A stretch of DNA of 41,728 nt from Acidimicrobiia bacterium (GTDB lineage Bacteria > Actinomycetota > Acidimicrobiia > Spongiisociales > UBA5794), in NCBI GenBank assembly GCA_030618675.1, contig JAUXCV010000001.1, positions 1 to 41,728 of the forward strand, given 5' to 3'. The translations under genes and the position numbers were made by a program. This document shows, piece by piece, positions 37,689-41,728 of the stretch. Within the stretch, counting starts at the first letter, position 1. The number at the start of each line of letters is the position of its first letter. A model generated the notes under the pieces. It saw only the letters and a list, made by a program, of their open reading frames with translations. It had not been told where the DNA came from and ran no database searches.

Positions 37689-37819
37689 GGCTCCTCCGGG
37701 GTTCTCGGGTTCGCCGGGACGAGGTGGCCCGCGCTACCACTCGTGTAGAGAGGCTAATCGTGATGGCATCTTTGTTCGCGTTCGGCGGTTACGAGCGCCG
37801 ACGGCGGTACGTTGATGGC
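37689..37819 (-). promoter_or_regulatory. Candidate T-box (tRNA-Ile sensing, translational) leader of ileS
   Basis: Minus-strand 5'-CGAGUGGUAGCGCG-3' (plus 37730-37743) matches the T-box consensus AGGGUGGNACCGCG at 11 of 13 fixed positions. CUCGU (37719-37723) can pair with ACGAG (37740-37744) or, as CCUC, with the SD GGAGG (37691-37697). AUC-A occurs at 37761-37764 and 37813-37816. Stem I could not be resolved by eye. Confidence 0.45.
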
Positions 37820-38098
37820 ATGGATCCCATCTCCGAACACGCCGACGGCGTCATGGTGCGCCTGCGCGTTGTTCCGGGGGCCTCGCGAGCCGAGATCAAG
37901 GGCCGGTACGGTGACACGATCAAGATCCGTGTCTCAGCTCCGCCCGAAGCCGGACGCGCCAACCGGGCGGTTATCGATCTCCTCGAGAGGGTCGTGGGGG
38001 GTCGAGCTGAGATCGTGAAGGGTCGCACGTCATCGTCGAAGACCGTCCTCATTCGTGGGGTCGATTCAGCGACCGTCGTGGATGTGCTCGAAGGATGA
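37820..38098 (+). CDS. yggU: DUF167 (YggU-family) protein
   Basis: 92 aa. VMVRLRVVPGASRAEIKG...IKIRVSAPPEAGRANRAVIDLL fits the DUF167 pattern. The start at ATG 37820 is uncertain. Confidence 0.75.
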   Translation: MDPISEHADGVMVRLRVVPGASRAEIKGRYGDTIKIRVSAPPEAGRANRAVIDLLERVVGGRAEIVKGRTSSSKTVLIRGVDSATVVDVLEG

Positions 38099-38153
38099 GG
38101 CACCACGAACTTCGCTCCAGCTGTTATGGTCTCGGTCCGAATCGGGGAGACGT

Positions 38154-38525
38154 ATGTCCAGGGAGTTGGCTGCATCGACGTTGGAGCGTCTCGAGCGAAA
38201 GCTTGAGAACGAACGGGTGCGTCTCACTACGATTCTCGAAGAGATCGATCGACAGCGTGAGGCCGGCCGTTTGGCCGAGAGCGCATCCGAGCACAACCCG
38301 GATCCGGACAACGCCGATGGGGGCTCGCTGGCGCTCGAAATGGAGATGGACGTCTCCGTTGAGCAGAACGCGAAGCGTTTGCTCGAGAAGGTGCTCCACG
38401 CACAGAACCGGATGGAGAAGGGCCTTTACGGGACATGCGAAGTAACGGGGGATCCGATCCCGGTAGCGAGGCTGGAAGCCCTGCCGTACGCGACGACGAC
38501 GGTGGAAGCGGCATCCCGGCGCTGA
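38154..38525 (+). CDS. DksA/TraR-family protein lacking the C4 zinc finger
   Basis: Coiled-coil N-terminal part followed by LYGTCEVTGDPIPVARLEALPYATTTVEAA. This has the layout of the DksA/TraR CxxC-x17-CxxC region, but only one Cys is retained. Confidence 0.7.
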   Translation: MSRELAASTLERLERKLENERVRLTTILEEIDRQREAGRLAESASEHNPDPDNADGGSLALEMEMDVSVEQNAKRLLEKVLHAQNRMEKGLYGTCEVTGDPIPVARLEALPYATTTVEAASRR

Positions 38526-38974
38526 AGCTTCGTCTTCTCGCCGCGTCGATCGCTGCGATCGTCGTGATCGTCGACCAGGTGACGAAGTATTGGGCCGTTC
38601 ATGCGCTCGATGACGGGCCCATCGTTCTCATCGACGGGGTGTTGAATCTCCGGCTGTTCTTCAACACCGGTGCATCGTTCTCCCTGTTCGCGAAGGGCGG
38701 CGCGATCATCGGGCTCGTCGTCATCGGCGTTGTGGTCATGATCTTCTTCGCCCTACGCGAAGCAGGACATCGACTGGATGCGGTCGCTCTCGGGCTCGTA
38801 CTCGGTGGGGCGATCGGCAACCTCCTGGACCGAATGTTCCGCGGAGACGGGTTCCTCGACGGGGCCGTGGTCGATTTCATCAACGTCCCGTTCTTCGCGA
38901 CGTTCAACGTCGCCGACATCGCCATCAACATCGGCGTCGGGTTGCTCCTCGTCGGCGCCTTCCTTCGCCGATGA
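38435..38974 (+). CDS. lspA: Lipoprotein signal peptidase II
   Basis: DQVTKYW, NTGASFSLF and VVDFINV...FNVADIAINIG motifs. The only canonical start is ATG 38435, which overlaps the upstream gene by 91 nt. A CTG at 38522 (CTGA overlap) would give a typical N-terminus, so the start is uncertain. Confidence 0.85.
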   Translation: MRSNGGSDPGSEAGSPAVRDDDGGSGIPALKLRLLAASIAAIVVIVDQVTKYWAVHALDDGPIVLIDGVLNLRLFFNTGASFSLFAKGGAIIGLVVIGVVVMIFFALREAGHRLDAVALGLVLGGAIGNLLDRMFRGDGFLDGAVVDFINVPFFATFNVADIAINIGVGLLLVGAFLRR

Positions 38975-39903
38975 GCGAGCGACTGGAGATCCCGGAGGAA
39001 CTCGACGGTGCGAGAGTCGATCGAGCTATCGCGATCCTCTGCGGGGTCAGCCGCAGGATCGCCAAATCCACGATCGAGGTCGGTGGCGCCGTACGAGGCG
39101 GAAGCAGGCTGGCACCGGCCGACAGAGTCGCAGCCGGTGATGCGATCGACGTTGACATCGTCGTTGTTGAAGTTCCTGTTGTGGCGGAGGGCGATGTCGA
39201 GTTCGCCATCGCGTTCGAGGACGACGACGTGGTCGTCGTCGACAAACCCGCGGGAGTCGTCGTTCATCCCGGTGCGGGGCGGTCGGGTGGAACCCTTGCG
39301 AACGGGCTTCTGGCCCGCATCCCTGAGATCGCGGAGCTTGGTCCGGAGCATCGATGGGGGATCGTCCACCGCATCGATCGCGACACCTCGGGACTCCTCA
39401 TCGTGGCGAAGACCCCCGCCGCATTCGATCACCTACAGGCGGCGCTCAAGAAGCGTGCCGTCAACCGGCGCTATCTCACCCTGGTTTCGGGACGGTTCAC
39501 CAATACCAACGGCACGATCGATGCACCCGTCGGGCGGGATCATGCACACCCGACCCGGATGACCGTGACCGAGGGAGGCCGACCGGCACGGACTCACTAC
39601 CGTCGCCTCGCCGACTGGGAGAATCACGACGAGTCTCTGATGGCCGTCACCCTCGAGACAGGACGCACACACCAGATCCGCGTCCACATGCGAGCCATCG
39701 ATCATCCGATCATCGGAGATCCCGTCTATGGGCCGGGAGGACGGATGCCGGGTGATCCGGGCAGAACGTGGCTCCACGCTGAGGCGTTGACGTTCGAGCA
39801 CCCGGCGGGATCGGGGCCGCTGACGGTCCATGCGGAACTGCCCGCGGATCTTGCCGGATCGCTGAGTGAACTGGGGCCGCCGACCCGGGGAGCAGTTGAG
39901 TGA
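38971..39903 (+). CDS. rluD: RluA-family 23S rRNA pseudouridine synthase (RluD-like)
   Basis: S4-like N-terminus, HRIDRDTSGLLIVAKT catalytic motif and GRTHQIRVH. ATGA overlap with lspA. Confidence 0.88.
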   Translation: MSERLEIPEELDGARVDRAIAILCGVSRRIAKSTIEVGGAVRGGSRLAPADRVAAGDAIDVDIVVVEVPVVAEGDVEFAIAFEDDDVVVVDKPAGVVVHPGAGRSGGTLANGLLARIPEIAELGPEHRWGIVHRIDRDTSGLLIVAKTPAAFDHLQAALKKRAVNRRYLTLVSGRFTNTNGTIDAPVGRDHAHPTRMTVTEGGRPARTHYRRLADWENHDESLMAVTLETGRTHQIRVHMRAIDHPIIGDPVYGPGGRMPGDPGRTWLHAEALTFEHPAGSGPLTVHAELPADLAGSLSELGPPTRGAVE

Positions 39904-39954
39904 TCGGGGTGGAGTGCCGGAGATCGAACCGCTAGATTGCCCGTAGGAGGTCCC

Positions 39955-41466
39955 ATGTCGATTCACTACGAACGCCTGTCGGCGCTCGACAACTCGTTCC
40001 TCGCGCTCGAATCGCGATCAACCCATATGCACGTCGGGGCGGTCACGGTTTTCGACTCCGGTTCGTTCGCTCAGGAGGACGGCGGGATCGATGTCGATCG
40101 ACTTCGGGCCTTCATCGAATCGAAGCTGTACATGATCCCGAGGTACCGGCAGCGACTCGCCAGGGTTCCGATCGAGCGACATCCGGTGTGGGTCGACGAC
40201 GATTACTTCACCATCGAGTACCACATCCGCCACATCGCTCTTCCTCGCCCCGGAACCGAGGAGCAACTGAAGCGGATCGCCGGCCGGCTGATGTCCCAGC
40301 AACTCGACCGCTCCAAACCGATGTGGGAGATGGTCGTCGTTGAAGGACTCGACCATGGACGCTTCGCGATCGTCACGAAGATCCACCACTGCATGATCGA
40401 CGGCATGTCCGGCGTCGACCTGATGGCCGTGCTCATGTCACTCGTGCCGTCCGATGAGATCCTCCCTGCGCCGCTCTACGAGCCCCGTCCGGCGCCGAAC
40501 GGAACAGAACTGCTGGTGCGTGAGACGACGCGACGCATCTCGGAAACGGTCGGTTCGATCAAGAACATCCAGAACGTCGTCGGGAACGCGACAGGGTTGG
40601 TCGAGTCGTACGGCAGCCGCTTGCAAGCCGTCGGCGCCTCTCTGGCGTCGGGTTGGCTCATCCCGACGGGCAAGACGGCGATCAACGGGGACATCGGGCC
40701 CGGACGGAGATTCGATTGGGTCAACATTCCGCTCGCCGATGTGAAGACGGTCAAGAACAAACTCGGTGGCACCGTCAACGACGTGTTCCTCGCCACTGTG
40801 GCCGGCGCGGTCCGGCTGTTCCTCCTCAGAGAACGCGATGCTTCCGAACGAGACCTCGAAGGGGCGGACTTCCGCGTGATGGCGCCGGTGAGCGTCCGCT
40901 CCAAGGACCAGCGCGGGACGCTGGGAAACCAGGTAGCCATGTGGCTCGCGGCGCTCCCGATCGACGACGCCGACCCGGCGTCACGGTTGCGAGCGGTGAA
41001 CGCCGAAACCGAGAAGCTCAAGGACACGGACCAGGCGCTCGGCGCCGCGACGCTCGTACGCGTGTCGGCAGGAGCACCGGCGACGCTGGTGGCCCTCGGG
41101 GCTCGCCTCGCCGCGAACGCACGGCCTTTCAACATGACCGTCACGAACGTGCCGGGACCCCAATTCCCGCTGTACCTCCTGGACGCACGCGTCGAAGCGA
41201 CGTACGCGCTCGTTCCGTTGTGGGAGAGCCATGGCATAGGTCTGGCGATGTTCTCGTACGACGGCACGGTCTCGTGGGGGATCAACGGCGACTACGGGAT
41301 CATGCCGGACCTGGACCGATTCGGGGTGGCGATCCTCGACTCGTTCGCAGAGCTCGTCGAGGCTGCCGAGCGAGCCCCCGAACGGAAACCGCCGAAGAAC
41401 AAGGCCCCGAAGGCGAAGAAGCCGACGAAGTCAACCCCCAAGCAGCGCCCCCCGATAGGAACGTGA
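39955..41466 (+). CDS. Wax ester synthase/diacylglycerol acyltransferase (WS/DGAT)
   Basis: HHCMIDGMSG (HHxxxDG active site), NVPGPQFPLY, 503 aa. AGGAGG lies 4 nt upstream of ATG 39955. Lys/Pro-rich C-terminal tail. Confidence 0.9.
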   Translation: MSIHYERLSALDNSFLALESRSTHMHVGAVTVFDSGSFAQEDGGIDVDRLRAFIESKLYMIPRYRQRLARVPIERHPVWVDDDYFTIEYHIRHIALPRPGTEEQLKRIAGRLMSQQLDRSKPMWEMVVVEGLDHGRFAIVTKIHHCMIDGMSGVDLMAVLMSLVPSDEILPAPLYEPRPAPNGTELLVRETTRRISETVGSIKNIQNVVGNATGLVESYGSRLQAVGASLASGWLIPTGKTAINGDIGPGRRFDWVNIPLADVKTVKNKLGGTVNDVFLATVAGAVRLFLLRERDASERDLEGADFRVMAPVSVRSKDQRGTLGNQVAMWLAALPIDDADPASRLRAVNAETEKLKDTDQALGAATLVRVSAGAPATLVALGARLAANARPFNMTVTNVPGPQFPLYLLDARVEATYALVPLWESHGIGLAMFSYDGTVSWGINGDYGIMPDLDRFGVAILDSFAELVEAAERAPERKPPKNKAPKAKKPTKSTPKQRPPIGT

Positions 41467-41483
41467 CCCGGCTGCGCCGGGCG

Positions 41484-41511
41484 TAGTCAGTAGTCGGTAT
41501 TCAGTATTCGG
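41484..41511. repeat. Repeat element C: 7-mer array TAGTCAG-TAGTCGG-TATTCAG-TATTCGG
   Basis: Read directly. It uses the same 7-mer unit as 7147-7167. It is preceded by a GC hairpin (41467-41481) immediately after the WS/DGAT stop. Confidence 0.9.
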
Positions 41512-41561
41512 TACGGAGGCGTCGACCTGATCTTCCGGTGCACGCTCCCAGAGCCCCCTCC

Positions 41562-41661
41562 GGCCCTTCGGGCCACCTCCCCCACTTCGTGGGAGAGGGT
41601 GAAGACTGTCCCCTCGCCGACGAAGGAGGTGGGGGGACGCGGATTCGCCCCGCGAATCCGC
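41562..41661. repeat. Cluster of GC-rich hairpins (REP-like or structured RNA)
   Basis: GGCCC-TTC-GGGCC (41562-41574). A 10-bp stem with one mismatch (41576-41598). GCGGATTCGC-CCC-GCGAATCCGC, a perfect 10 bp (41639-41661). Alternative long-range pairing of CCACCTCC (41573-41580) with GGAGGTGG (41625-41632). Confidence 0.6.
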
Positions 41662-41728
41662 AGACACCCCTTGTTCGTAATTGTCAAGCGGCGATGGTTT
41701 CGATGAGGGTTTGTCGGTGTGCCCAGGC

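Noticed and set aside
39917-39932. CCGGAGATCGAACCGC looks like the reverse complement of a tRNA T-arm (GGTTCGATC)
   Set aside because: The flanking bases do not form a 5-bp T-stem or an acceptor stem. The intergenic gap is only 51 nt (39904-39954), too short for a tRNA. At most it is a fragment.
41431-41687. Two overlapping minus-strand ORFs (78 and 66 aa) at the right edge
   Set aside because: They are composed of the GC-rich hairpin modules (Gly/Arg/Pro-rich translations), have no SD, and overlap each other. They look like non-coding repeats.

Overview
High-GC chromosomal core region with actinobacterial gene order; the exact taxon cannot be determined from the sequence alone. Left to right: the 3' end of an aminotransferase; glgP (-); a FAS-II operon fabD-fabH-fabG-acpP-fabF; dinB; a DUF3040 membrane protein plus a MerR-like regulator; a moxR-DUF58-transglutaminase operon (-); a small heterogeneous patch (small ORF, degenerate resolvase-fold protein, HNH endonuclease, USP, Rossmann-fold protein); a complete dcw cluster mraZ-rsmH-ftsL-ftsI-murE-murF-mraY-murD-ftsW-murG-murC-murB-ftsQ-ftsZ followed by pgeF-yggS-sepF-yggT; ileS (-); DUF167/yggU, a Cys-poor DksA/TraR-like protein, lspA and rluD; and a WS/DGAT acyltransferase. 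I found no rRNA, tRNA, CRISPR array, IS element or recognisable defence system. The unexplained signals are all non-coding. (1) A dispersed family of composite intergenic elements built from 7-mer (TAGTCAG) and 8-mer (CAGCTACT/AGTAGCGG) tandem arrays that place TAG in every reading frame, present at three loci (about 7.15, 14.1 and 41.5 kb) and sharing unique flanking motifs. (2) A textbook-like Pmra promoter overlaid by GTGG repeats phased at exactly 10 bp (putative MraZ operator). (3) A 16-bp perfect long-range stem between mraZ and rsmH that buries the rsmH SD and start codon. (4) A T-box-like leader upstream of ileS. (5) A stack of GC-rich hairpins at the right edge. Whether any of this is truly undescribed cannot be judged without database searches.
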